Below are positions 9,760 to 18,689 of a DNA stretch of 21,624 nt, piece after piece (position 1 is the first letter of the stretch; each line of letters opens with the position of its first letter). The translations under genes were made by a program, and so were the position numbers. Source of the DNA: Tubiluchus corallicola (taxonomy: Eukaryota; Animalia; Priapulida); contig JAQGDQ010002478.1 in NCBI GenBank assembly GCA_030141605.1, positions 1 to 21,624 on the forward strand. The letters run 5' to 3'. The notes beneath the pieces are model-generated. The model did not search any database. It saw nothing but the letters and a program-made list of their open reading frames with translations, and was not told where the DNA came from.

Positions 9760-9888
9760 TTATTTATATTTTTGATTATTTACTGTTTCATAAGGAGTTA
9801 ATATAATGGCTATAGCTACAATGTAACAGCCGGTAGAGCGTAATCTCACTACAGGCGGCACAACTGTTTTAGCTTTAAATAACTGTTT

Positions 9889-10242
9889 TCAAATTGAGGG
9901 TGGCGGTATAGGAAAAAGAGAGTATGGTATCTCTGTGGTTATCACTGAGTAAAGCTGGCAATAGGGGGAGTTTTGCTTGGTTGTGTGAAGTGACCTTTTA
10001 TCTGCATAAAAGTGAGTGAGGAGTGGTGCCACCTCTATTATTTCCGTACTTTCTATGTTGTGGCTACAGCTTTCCGTGCTATTAATACGGTTTACCTCTT
10101 CTATAGAGGGTTGCTTCAACAAGCTGCTTTCTACTTTTTCCTCTTCGGCTATATGCACTCTAAACGTGATTAGTCCCAGAATATAGAAAATAGCCAAAGC
10201 AAGAAAGGGTAGATGGGAAGCTATTGAGCCGTAAAAAAACAT
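9889..10242 (-). CDS. Small protein with N-terminal hydrophobic segment and C-terminal PPP; candidate regulatory leader ORF
   Basis: 117 aa; hydrophobic residues ~11-27; ends YSLFPIPPPSI*; co-oriented 129 nt upstream of the TonB receptor; -7 motif at 10303-10310. Confidence 0.7.
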   Translation of the reverse strand: MFFYGSIASHLPFLALAIFYILGLITFRVHIAEEEKVESSLLKQPSIEEVNRINSTESCSHNIESTEIIEVAPLLTHFYADKRSLHTTKQNSPYCQLYSVITTEIPYSLFPIPPPSI

Positions 10243-10302
10243 ATTGAAAGTCTATCTGGGTTTACCACTATTATAGAGATAAAGTTATTTTGTATTAGTT
10301 GT

Positions 10303-10310
10303 CAAATATA
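10303..10310 (-). promoter_or_regulatory. Bacteroidota -7 element for the leader ORF / TonB receptor unit
   Basis: Reads TATATTTG on the minus strand; a second candidate TAGATTTG lies at 10355-10362. Confidence 0.45.
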
Positions 10311-10483
10311 AACAAATAACATGAAACTTCCTGAATGTAATGAATTACGATGGCCAAATCTATTTTGCTTACAGTTATTAATTACAATCGGTTGTTTAAC
10401 GGTTTTTTTGTGTGTTAACTGTTCATTTATATTTTATTGATATATTTACTGAATTTCAATAAATTATATGTTATCCAAAAGGT

Positions 10484-11290
10484 ATGAAAGGCAGAGTTGT
10501 AATTATCACCGGAGCATCTTCCGGCATAGGGTATGCGTTGGCAAAAGAGTTTGCATTAAAGGGGGCAAAGCTAGTGTTGGGAGCGCGCCGCATGAAGCGT
10601 TTGAAAGCCCTAAAGAGTGAGTTGTCTTTTACTGAGGTTCTGACAGTGCAAACAGATGTTTCTATAGAGCAGGACTGCAAGTTATTAATTGATAAAACTA
10701 TAGATAAGTTTGGACGCATTGATGCCCTTATTAATAATGCCGGCATCTCTATGCGTGCTTTGTTTGATGATCTGGATATTAAAGTTATGCATCGGGTAAT
10801 GGATGTAAATTTTTATGGGACAGTATATTGTACAAAGCATGCACTTCCATATCTTCTGGAGTCAAAAGGCTCGCTTGTCGGTATTATCTCAATTGCCGGA
10901 TATGTAGGTCTTCCAGGGCGTACAGCTTATTCTGCTTCTAAGTTTGCAGTTCGTGGCTTTTTAGATACTATCCGTATAGAGAATCTTAATAAGGGGCTAC
11001 ATGTGCTAGTCGCTGCTCCCGGATTCACATCTTCAGAGGTGCGCAAAACTGCTTTAACTGCCGATGGTAGCACCCAGGAGGAGACACCACGGGATGAAAG
11101 CAAGATGATGAGCGCTGAGGAGTGTGCAAGACATATTGTAAAGGCAGTTAAAAAGCGCAGGAGAGAGCTTGTGCTCACATTTCTTGAAGGTAAGGTTACC
11201 GTTATGCTTGGAAAGTTGTTTCCATCACTGTTGGACAGGCTAACATACAGCCATATGGCCAAAGAGCCCGGTTCTCCGTTGTGTGATTAA
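10484..11290 (+). CDS. Classical short-chain dehydrogenase/reductase (SDR)
   Basis: TGASSGIG, INNAG, catalytic YSASK. Confidence 0.95.
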   Translation: MKGRVVIITGASSGIGYALAKEFALKGAKLVLGARRMKRLKALKSELSFTEVLTVQTDVSIEQDCKLLIDKTIDKFGRIDALINNAGISMRALFDDLDIKVMHRVMDVNFYGTVYCTKHALPYLLESKGSLVGIISIAGYVGLPGRTAYSASKFAVRGFLDTIRIENLNKGLHVLVAAPGFTSSEVRKTALTADGSTQEETPRDESKMMSAEECARHIVKAVKKRRRELVLTFLEGKVTVMLGKLFPSLLDRLTYSHMAKEPGSPLCD

Positions 11291-11383
11291 TTTTATGGCT
11301 ATTATCTTGTATGCGGTTGCAGCCAGTGTTGGTATCTAGGCCATTTCAGTAGTGCATGTTTGGGGCACAGGAGGGGGGAATAG

Positions 11384-12016
11384 TCAAGATGCTGTAGCTT
11401 GCAGATAGAGAAATGCCACAATAGCAAGTAGTATAATTAACAGTCCTGCTATTTTATTGGCCCACCACATAACTCTGAGTCTTAGTTTATGGCGGAACGC
11501 ATTTATAACTCCTGCAACAATAAGCCACCAAAATGCTGCCCCTAAAAAAATGGCTCCAACTACCAGAAAAGAGTGCACAATGTCAGATATGTTCATAGCT
11601 ACATCGGAGCTTGCAAAAATTGCTATAAAAACAAACACTGCCAATGGGTTTGACAGTGTTAAAAATAGAGTGATCAGGTAATCCTGAAAGTAAGTGGAGC
11701 CCTTTTTTCTAAATCTTTGAATATCTTTTACAGGGTTTGATAGAAAGATGAGTATTCCCAAAAAGATAAGCATAACAAAGGCTATAATATGAAAAGCCAG
11801 TTCATGCCGTTTAATAAAGTCAATAATGAATGTAAGGCTAAGGCCTGCTATAATTGCGTAAACGGCGTCGGAAGAGGCTGCACCAAGCCCTGATACAAAT
11901 CCTGACTTCCAGCCTTTATTCACTGTTCTCTGAACGCATAGTACAGCAATGGGGCCCAATGGTATTGAGACAGCTATACCAATAAAAAAGCATTTTAAAA
12001 ACATTTCATAATTCAT
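11384..12016 (-). CDS. LysE/RhtB-family translocator
   Basis: PLGPIAVLCVQRT..GWKSGFVSGLGAASSD, LTLSNP, about 6 hydrophobic segments, 210 aa. Confidence 0.9.
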   Translation of the reverse strand: MNYEMFLKCFFIGIAVSIPLGPIAVLCVQRTVNKGWKSGFVSGLGAASSDAVYAIIAGLSLTFIIDFIKRHELAFHIIAFVMLIFLGILIFLSNPVKDIQRFRKKGSTYFQDYLITLFLTLSNPLAVFVFIAIFASSDVAMNISDIVHSFLVVGAIFLGAAFWWLIVAGVINAFRHKLRLRVMWWANKIAGLLIILLAIVAFLYLQATAS

Positions 12017-12021
12017 ACCCC

Positions 12022-12054
12022 CAAAGTTACTATTAAGCGATTTTTACGCACAAA
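12022..12054 (-). promoter_or_regulatory. Consensus Bacteroidota promoter for the LysE gene
   Basis: TTTG (12051-12054), 21-nt spacer, TAACTTTG (12022-12029) on the minus strand. Confidence 0.65.
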
Positions 12055-12360
12055 GAAACTAAAATGTTTTTTTTATTTTTAACTATTTAAGAATTTAGGA
12101 AATATGTACCAGATGTTTATATTTATAAAGGGGGAGATTTTGCAAGGCGAAAGAATTGGTTCAGAGTGAGAAGAATCAAAGAAAGCTTTAAGCTTGCATA
12201 TATAGTGAAGGTTTTGAAGATTGGAGAGAGTTTTGACGGAAGTATAAGTAAAAGGATGAATTTTGCAAAGGGTTCAGGGTGTGTATTTTGTTTTTTTAAT
12301 ATTAATATAATTAAAAAAATGTTTAACTTTAAGCTACTTTGAATAAGTAGTGAAGCAACA

Positions 12361-13518
12361 ATGGGAAAAATTTTAATAGTAGATGATAATCCTACAAATA
12401 TACAGGTACTAGCAAATATACTGAATATTGAAAATTACGATTTTGAGTTTGCTATGAATGGAGATGAAGCGTTAAGCTGGATCGGGAAAGAGACATTCGA
12501 TATAGTGCTTCTGGATGTAGTTATGCCTGGTATGGATGGGTATCAGGTTTGCAGAGAAATTAAGAAAAATCCTGATAATGAAAATATTAGTATCATTTTT
12601 GTGACTGCAAATGCAGATGTGACAAGTGTTACTGAAGGTTTTGACTCGGGAGGTGTAGACTATGTTACCAAGCCGTTTAATGAAAAAGAGCTGCTGAAGA
12701 GGGTACATACACACAGTGAGCTTGCAAAAAGTAGGAAGAAGCTAAAAGATGTAAATAGTTGGCTAGAAAAAGAGGTAAAGAAGAAAACAGCACAATTGAC
12801 AGAGCAGAATGAAAGACTGGTAAAGGCGTATAGAGAAATATCAAGGCTTGACGATTCAAGGAATGAGTTTTTAAGAATGATCAGCCATGAAATACGGACA
12901 CCTCTTAATGGTGTGATAGGTATTATTGATATTATTAAGCAGACTACCGAAGATAATTCCATTTTGGAATATCTTGAAGCACTGGATATTTCTGCAAAAC
13001 GTCTGGAGATGTTTTCTTACAAGGCTCTTGATATTTCGGCGATACGTGCGTTGGGAGCAAATATTAAAAAAGCAAGGGTAAGCATTAGTACCATAATAAA
13101 AGATAGTGTGCGCTTTTGTCAGCAAAATTTTAAAGATAAGGTAATTAATATTGTAACAAAGGGTGGATGCGGAGCAGACAAGGTGGCAGTTAACACAAAA
13201 TATATGGAAAAATGCCTCATAAATATTCTGGAAAATTCAATTAAGTTTTCACCTGAACAAAGCACTGTAGTTATTGGCCTGTCTAACGCTAGTAGTAACT
13301 GTATAATAACTATTTCAGATGAAGGTCCCGGATTTTCAAAAAAAATACTGGAACATGGGATAACCCCTTTTAGAGGCGATATTGCTCAGACCGAGCTATC
13401 TCCCGGATTGGGGCTTTATCTGTCTAAATTAATAGTTGAGTCTCACGAAGGGGCTATTGAAATAAGCAATAACAAGGGTAAAGGGGCAAAGGTAAGACTA
13501 ACATTTCCTGTACGGTAG
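12361..13518 (+). CDS. Hybrid response regulator / histidine kinase (REC-coiled coil-HisKA-HATPase), soluble
   Basis: ILIVDD, LLDVVMP, YVTKPF; H-box SHEIRTPL; N-box NILENSIKFS; DEGPG; GLGL. Confidence 0.93.
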   Translation: MGKILIVDDNPTNIQVLANILNIENYDFEFAMNGDEALSWIGKETFDIVLLDVVMPGMDGYQVCREIKKNPDNENISIIFVTANADVTSVTEGFDSGGVDYVTKPFNEKELLKRVHTHSELAKSRKKLKDVNSWLEKEVKKKTAQLTEQNERLVKAYREISRLDDSRNEFLRMISHEIRTPLNGVIGIIDIIKQTTEDNSILEYLEALDISAKRLEMFSYKALDISAIRALGANIKKARVSISTIIKDSVRFCQQNFKDKVINIVTKGGCGADKVAVNTKYMEKCLINILENSIKFSPEQSTVVIGLSNASSNCIITISDEGPGFSKKILEHGITPFRGDIAQTELSPGLGLYLSKLIVESHEGAIEISNNKGKGAKVRLTFPVR

Positions 13519-13595
13519 TAAGGCTTCTTTTATGTTTTTTATATTTGATATTGCGAGGGGAGTCTTCTCTGTATTGTTTTGAAGTATAGTAGGTT

Positions 13596-14177
13596 ATGAT
13601 GGAATTTGTATTTGCAACAAATAATAAGCACAAGATAGGTGAGTTAAGGGAGATGCTGGGGAGTAGTATTTCCTTGTTGGGGCTTAACGATATTAAGTGT
13701 AATGAAGATATTGCGGAAACGGGTGATACACTTGAGCAAAATGCTGCACAGAAGTCATTTTATGTATGGGATAAATATAGAGTAAATTGCTTTGCTGATG
13801 ATACCGGGTTGGAGATAGAAGCGCTTAATGGGGCTCCTGGTGTGTATTCTGCGCGATATGCAGGAGATGATAAAGATGCAGACGCAAATATGCTTAAAGT
13901 TTTGAGGGAGATGGATGGTGTTTTAAATCGCAATGCACGGTTTCGTACAGTTATATCTTTGATTATTGATGGTAAGGAAGAACAGTTTGAGGGGAGTGTT
14001 GATGGGAAGATTTTAGAAAAGAAACGGGGAGGTGAAGGGTTTGGGTATGATCCTATATTTCTCCCCAACGGTTTCAGCCTCTCATTTGCTGAAATGGATA
14101 TTGAAACTAAAAATAGTATAAGTCACCGCGGAAGGGCTATCTCAAAGCTGGTTAGTTATCTTCGTGAGCAGTATTAA
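13596..14177 (+). CDS. rdgB: Non-canonical purine NTP pyrophosphatase (RdgB/HAM1)
   Basis: FATNNKHK, ADDTGL, GAPGVYSARYAG, GFGYDPIF, KNSISHRGRA; -7 motif TATATTTG at 13540-13547. Start may be 13599. Confidence 0.96.
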   Translation: MMEFVFATNNKHKIGELREMLGSSISLLGLNDIKCNEDIAETGDTLEQNAAQKSFYVWDKYRVNCFADDTGLEIEALNGAPGVYSARYAGDDKDADANMLKVLREMDGVLNRNARFRTVISLIIDGKEEQFEGSVDGKILEKKRGGEGFGYDPIFLPNGFSLSFAEMDIETKNSISHRGRAISKLVSYLREQY

Positions 14178-14329
14178 GTTGTTTTTCAGCTTTTTGCACT
14201 TACGTTAGGCATAATGAAATTTATTATAGAGCATTGTGCCAGGGCAGTTTTCATATGTTCATCACCTTTGTGCAGGTTCGGGGGCTTTTTCAAAAAATAA
14301 AAAGCGTAGTAGTGAAAGCACCGGCTCTC

Positions 14330-14361
14330 TTTGCTCAGTCAATTCCATAGTTGTAACTTTG
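14330..14361 (+). promoter_or_regulatory. Consensus Bacteroidota promoter for the U32 gene
   Basis: TTTG (14330-14333), 20-nt spacer, TAACTTTG (14354-14361). Confidence 0.7.
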
Positions 14362-14385
14362 CGGGAGTTTTTATCTTTTTAATAT

Positions 14386-15672
14386 ATGGAATTGACAAGA
14401 GGAGATATTGAGATAATGGCCCCAGTTGGGTCATATGAGTCGTTGATGGCTGCGATACAGGCAGGTACAGATTCTGTATATTTTGGTGTTGAGAAGTTAA
14501 ATATGAGGGGTCGCTCAACGTACAACTTTTCACTAGAGGATATGAAGAAGATTGTTTATCTGTCTGGTGAAGCGGGTGTTAAAACATACCTGACACTGAA
14601 TACAGTAGTTTTTGATGAGGAGCTACTGAAGGTAAAGGAGATAGTCAAGTCAGCAAAGGCAGCGGGTGTTAGTGCTATAATAGCTGCCGACATGGGTGTT
14701 ATAAGCTACTGTTTGAGTGAGGGCGTTGAGGTTCATATGTCAACACAGGTAAATATAACTAATTTTGAAGAGGTGAAGTTTTATTCCCGGTTTGCCGATG
14801 TTATGGTGATGGCCAGGGAGATGAGCCTTGAAAAGATTAGGGAGATATCAGAAAAGATAGAGACGAACAATATTTTGGGTCCCTCCGGGAAGTTGACCAA
14901 ACTTGAAATATTTGTTCATGGCGCTCTCTGTATGGCAATATCTGGAAAGTGTTATTTATCGTTACATGAGATGCGCCAGTCTGCAAATAGAGGTTCGTGT
15001 ATGCAACTGTGTCGCAGAGCATATAGCGTTGTTGATAAAGAGACAGGGAAAGAGTTTGAGGTGGACAACGAATACATAATGTCTCCCAAAGATGTCAAGA
15101 CTATACATTTTCTGAATAAAGTCCTTGATTCTGGTGTTAAGGTGCTTAAGATTGAGGGTAGAGCAAGAAGCCCTGAGTATGTTAAAACCACTGTTGAGTG
15201 TTATAGAGAGGCAGTTGATTCTTATTTTGATGGTTCATTTTCAGATAGTAAGATAAAGGAGTGGGACAGTCGGCTTGCTGCTGTTTTTAACCGTGGCTTC
15301 TGGGATGGTTATTATTTGGGACAGCGTTTGGGTGAGTGGAGTAGTAGTTACGGTTCAGAGGCTACTACCAGAAAGTTGTATATAGGAAAAGGTACAAATT
15401 ATTTTACTAAATTAGGAGTTGCAGAGTTTAAGCTGGAAACAGGTAGCTTAAAAATAGGTGATGAGGTCATGATAACTGGTCCTACAACAGGGGTTATACA
15501 AACGAAAGTTAAGGAGATGAGGGTTGATGACAAAGTTGTAAGCGAGGCAGAAAAGGGGGAGTTTGTTTCGATCTTAACAGGTGTGAAAATCAGAAGGTCG
15601 GATAAGCTGTTTAAAGTGGTTTATGTTTCACAAACAGATGGTGATGGAGGTGGGGTGCCTTTAACAAGTTAA
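14386..15672 (+). CDS. Peptidase U32-family Fe-S protein, probably a TrhP-like RNA hydroxylation enzyme
   Basis: EIMAPVG, AG.DSVYFG, HMSTQ, HGALC-x6-C-x15-C-x3-C, LKIEGR, C-terminal beta domain. Confidence 0.9.
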   Translation: MELTRGDIEIMAPVGSYESLMAAIQAGTDSVYFGVEKLNMRGRSTYNFSLEDMKKIVYLSGEAGVKTYLTLNTVVFDEELLKVKEIVKSAKAAGVSAIIAADMGVISYCLSEGVEVHMSTQVNITNFEEVKFYSRFADVMVMAREMSLEKIREISEKIETNNILGPSGKLTKLEIFVHGALCMAISGKCYLSLHEMRQSANRGSCMQLCRRAYSVVDKETGKEFEVDNEYIMSPKDVKTIHFLNKVLDSGVKVLKIEGRARSPEYVKTTVECYREAVDSYFDGSFSDSKIKEWDSRLAAVFNRGFWDGYYLGQRLGEWSSSYGSEATTRKLYIGKGTNYFTKLGVAEFKLETGSLKIGDEVMITGPTTGVIQTKVKEMRVDDKVVSEAEKGEFVSILTGVKIRRSDKLFKVVYVSQTDGDGGGVPLTS

Positions 15673-15803
15673 TAAGGATAGGTGTGCTGCAGGAGTGGTA
15701 TTTAATCTTGCTTGGCCTACGTTTGTATAAGCGTAACCCTATTTGTAGTTGTATTTTTAGTGTTGATTTTTTAATGCAGGCTATTGAGAAACATAAATAG
15801 AAA

Positions 15804-18581
15804 GTGCCAATGAAAAGAAAGAATCTTAATGTACTGTTTATAGCGATAACAGTTTTGGGTATGCTGGTGGTATGGCTGTTTTTTAGCCGCGAGTCAAAGT
15901 ATTTAGGGACATCTGCTTTCAGAGCCGTTCACGTTGATTCTCCTCTGTTTGCAAAGATATTGGATATTTGCTCATTTTCATCGGAGATAGCTGAAAGCCC
16001 AATGTGGGAAGAGTTGTCATCCTTACCTGGATTGGGCGAGGTGTATTCTAATGTGAAACTAATTGATTCACTTATTTCTGTCAATGGCAGCATAGAAAAA
16101 ATATTAAGGAAAAAGTCTTTGACGCTATCTGTTGGAGTTGAAGGGGAAAAAGATTTTAGCGTGTTGTATATATTGGAGCTGGATGGTATTTCTGAGAGAG
16201 GTGATATAAAAACCTTTTTTGAAGAGATGTTTTCCGGGAATGATATAGCTGCGAGTAAGAGGGAGTATGAAAAGGCAACGATTTTTTCGTACGAGTGGAC
16301 GGATGGTAATAGAAGAGAACATTTATCATATACAACTCATAAGGGGCTCTTGTTGTTCAGCAAAAGCCCTATAAGAGTTGATGAGGCCATAAGGCAATTA
16401 AACGCTAAGATGACGCTTTTTGATAATGAGAATTTTAATGTGGTGCATAAAACTGCCGGAGCAAAAGCTAACATAAATCTTTACCTGAACCATGAATCTT
16501 TTTCGCACCTTCTGTCGTTATGCGTGAATCGTTCGCGAGCCAAAAAGACAATGAATTTTTCAAATTATGCTTCCTGGACAGAGATAGATGTTACTTTAAG
16601 GCCCAGGGAGGTGATGCTTAATGGGTTTACCTTTTCAAGCGGTTACTCCAATAGCTATATGAATGTTTTTTTATCCCAGACTCCCCGGAAGTTTACAATA
16701 GAGAGTGTATTGCCGGCAACAACATCATTTTTTTTGAGTTTAAATCTGAGTAACCCGAAAATGTGGTTTGATTCGTATGATGCTTTTCTTGGAGAGGATA
16801 GAAAGTCATATAACTATGAAGAGAGGGTGAGCAGGTTTAAGAAGCATACCAAAACAGACCCACGCGAGTTTATTATCGACAATGTGGATGGGGAGGTAGG
16901 TATCGCGTTTTGTCATGACAGTTCTATTAAGCATGGAGAGGGACGATTTTTTATAGTAAAGACAAAGAGTGGGCAGAAGGCTGAGGAGTCGCTGAATGAG
17001 GTTTTGGAGAAAAGCAAGGATAAAAACATTGATAAATTAACAATTGATAAAGCATCGTTTGATGTTTATAAGTTTCCTGTGCATAACTTTGGAGAGGTTG
17101 TTTTTGGTCCTATTTTTCATGCCGTATCTACAGAGTATGTGGCTTTTTGTAATAATTATATGGTTTTTGGTGATTCATTCAATTCACTCTCCTATTTCAT
17201 ACGATCAAATGCACTATCGCATGAAGTTTTAGAAAATGATACAACTTATCGCAAGTTTAACAGGCAGTTTTCGCAAGCTTCTAATTTTTATTTATGGTGT
17301 GTTCCCGGCCACTCATTCTCTTTTTTGAAAGAGTTTCTTGATGATGGTGTAGTAAAACAGGTTGAGAAAAATATAGAGAGTCTTCGCAAAGTAGAGGCTG
17401 TGGGGTGGCAAATGGGAAAGGGCAAAGAGGGAGAAGGGATGGTATATAATAATGCGCTAATAAGATATAATCCCGACATGAGGGAGAAGCCACAGGCAGT
17501 GTGGAGAAGCCACCTTGGCAATCAAATTGAGTTTAAACCACAGTTTACAATAAACCATAACGATCGTGCGAATCGTGAAGTGATGGTGCAAGATGCGGAT
17601 TATAAGTTATATCTGATAAGTAAGATTGGTAAGGTTCAGTGGTCGCCCATTAAGCTTAATGAGCCCATATTAAGCAAGATATACCAGATAGATTATTATA
17701 AAAATGGAAAGCTTCAATATTTCTTTAATACACCTAATGCTCTGCATTTAATAGATCGAAACGGGAATTATGTTGAGAATTATCCAATAAAGCTTAGAGA
17801 GAAGTCTACTAACGGAGTTGCTGTTTTTGATTATGACAATAGCAAGAATTATCGTTTTTGTGTTGCATGCAGTGATAAAAAGGTCTATATGTACGATAAA
17901 AGAGGCAAGTTACTGCCGGGATGGGGCTTTGGAAAGACAGAGCATACAGTGTCTCGTCCCATCCAGCATCACAGAGTAGGAAGTAAAGATTACATTGTAT
18001 TTTTTGACCTTAACAGAACTTATATATTGGATAGAAAAGGAAATGAGAGAGTCAGAACAAAGGCAAGTTTTACCCACTCCATGAGTAATGATTTTACTTT
18101 CGAAAAAGGAAATGGTCCGGGAGCATCGAGGTTGGTAAAAACAGATAGTAAGGGAGATATTTATTTTCTCTATTTTGACGGCTCATTCGAAAAGAAAAAG
18201 ATGCCAAAGTTTGGTTCTGGCCACTATTTCAGGTATGAAGATATTAATGCCGATGGAGAGAGAGATCTTATCTATATTGATAAAGATATGTTATCTGTTT
18301 TTAGGCATAATGGGAAGAAGCTATATGACAAGAAGTTTAGTTCGCCTATTTCTTTACCGATGCAGGTATATACTTTCCCCGGTGTTAAGAGAAGGATTGG
18401 TGTTGTAAATAAGGAGGAGCAGCGTATCTACCTTTTTAGTAGTGACGGTTCACAGTATAAAGGTTTTCCGCTTGATGGCTGTTCGGAGTTTAGCATTGGC
18501 GACCTAGGGTCGAGGAGTCATCGCTTCAATCTTATTGTAGGCTCGTCCGATGGCTTCTTATACAATTATGCTGTAAAGTAG
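15804..18581 (+). CDS. 925-aa membrane-anchored protein, DUF3352-like N-terminal region plus probable C-terminal beta-propeller, copy 1
   Basis: Basic N-terminus plus one TM segment (LFIAITVLGMLVVWLFF); C-terminal repeats IDYYKNGK, FDYDNSKN, EDINADGERDL and xxYLIDRNG..ENYP / YMYDKRG..PGW / YLFSSDG..KGFP. Start is GTG 15804 or more likely ATG 15810. Family label is by recall. Confidence 0.75.
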   Translation: MPMKRKNLNVLFIAITVLGMLVVWLFFSRESKYLGTSAFRAVHVDSPLFAKILDICSFSSEIAESPMWEELSSLPGLGEVYSNVKLIDSLISVNGSIEKILRKKSLTLSVGVEGEKDFSVLYILELDGISERGDIKTFFEEMFSGNDIAASKREYEKATIFSYEWTDGNRREHLSYTTHKGLLLFSKSPIRVDEAIRQLNAKMTLFDNENFNVVHKTAGAKANINLYLNHESFSHLLSLCVNRSRAKKTMNFSNYASWTEIDVTLRPREVMLNGFTFSSGYSNSYMNVFLSQTPRKFTIESVLPATTSFFLSLNLSNPKMWFDSYDAFLGEDRKSYNYEERVSRFKKHTKTDPREFIIDNVDGEVGIAFCHDSSIKHGEGRFFIVKTKSGQKAEESLNEVLEKSKDKNIDKLTIDKASFDVYKFPVHNFGEVVFGPIFHAVSTEYVAFCNNYMVFGDSFNSLSYFIRSNALSHEVLENDTTYRKFNRQFSQASNFYLWCVPGHSFSFLKEFLDDGVVKQVEKNIESLRKVEAVGWQMGKGKEGEGMVYNNALIRYNPDMREKPQAVWRSHLGNQIEFKPQFTINHNDRANREVMVQDADYKLYLISKIGKVQWSPIKLNEPILSKIYQIDYYKNGKLQYFFNTPNALHLIDRNGNYVENYPIKLREKSTNGVAVFDYDNSKNYRFCVACSDKKVYMYDKRGKLLPGWGFGKTEHTVSRPIQHHRVGSKDYIVFFDLNRTYILDRKGNERVRTKASFTHSMSNDFTFEKGNGPGASRLVKTDSKGDIYFLYFDGSFEKKKMPKFGSGHYFRYEDINADGERDLIYIDKDMLSVFRHNGKKLYDKKFSSPISLPMQVYTFPGVKRRIGVVNKEEQRIYLFSSDGSQYKGFPLDGCSEFSIGDLGSRSHRFNLIVGSSDGFLYNYAVK

Positions 18582-18681
18582 GAGAAGGTCAATGGTTGCA
18601 GGCGCATGAGTACGCTATGCTTTAGTGCTAAAAGAAAAGCACTTTCAAGAAAATATTTCATATTTTTGAAGTTTGTTGTTC

Positions 18682-18689
18682 TAAATTTG
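18682..18689 (+). promoter_or_regulatory. -7 promoter motif spanning the duplication junction
   Basis: TAAATTTG before copy 2; the equivalent position before copy 1 is CCTATTTG (15738-15745), which does not match. Confidence 0.45.

Noticed and set aside
1371-14177. Dedicated nucleotide-sanitation island (purC, mazG, rdgB)
   Set aside because: The genes are dispersed, in different orientations and transcription units; co-location is plausibly ordinary synteny.
14386-15672. Collagenase/protease annotation
   Set aside because: The Cx6Cx15Cx3C motif fits the Fe-S hydroxylation role established for U32 proteins (TrhP, RlhA, UbiU/V).
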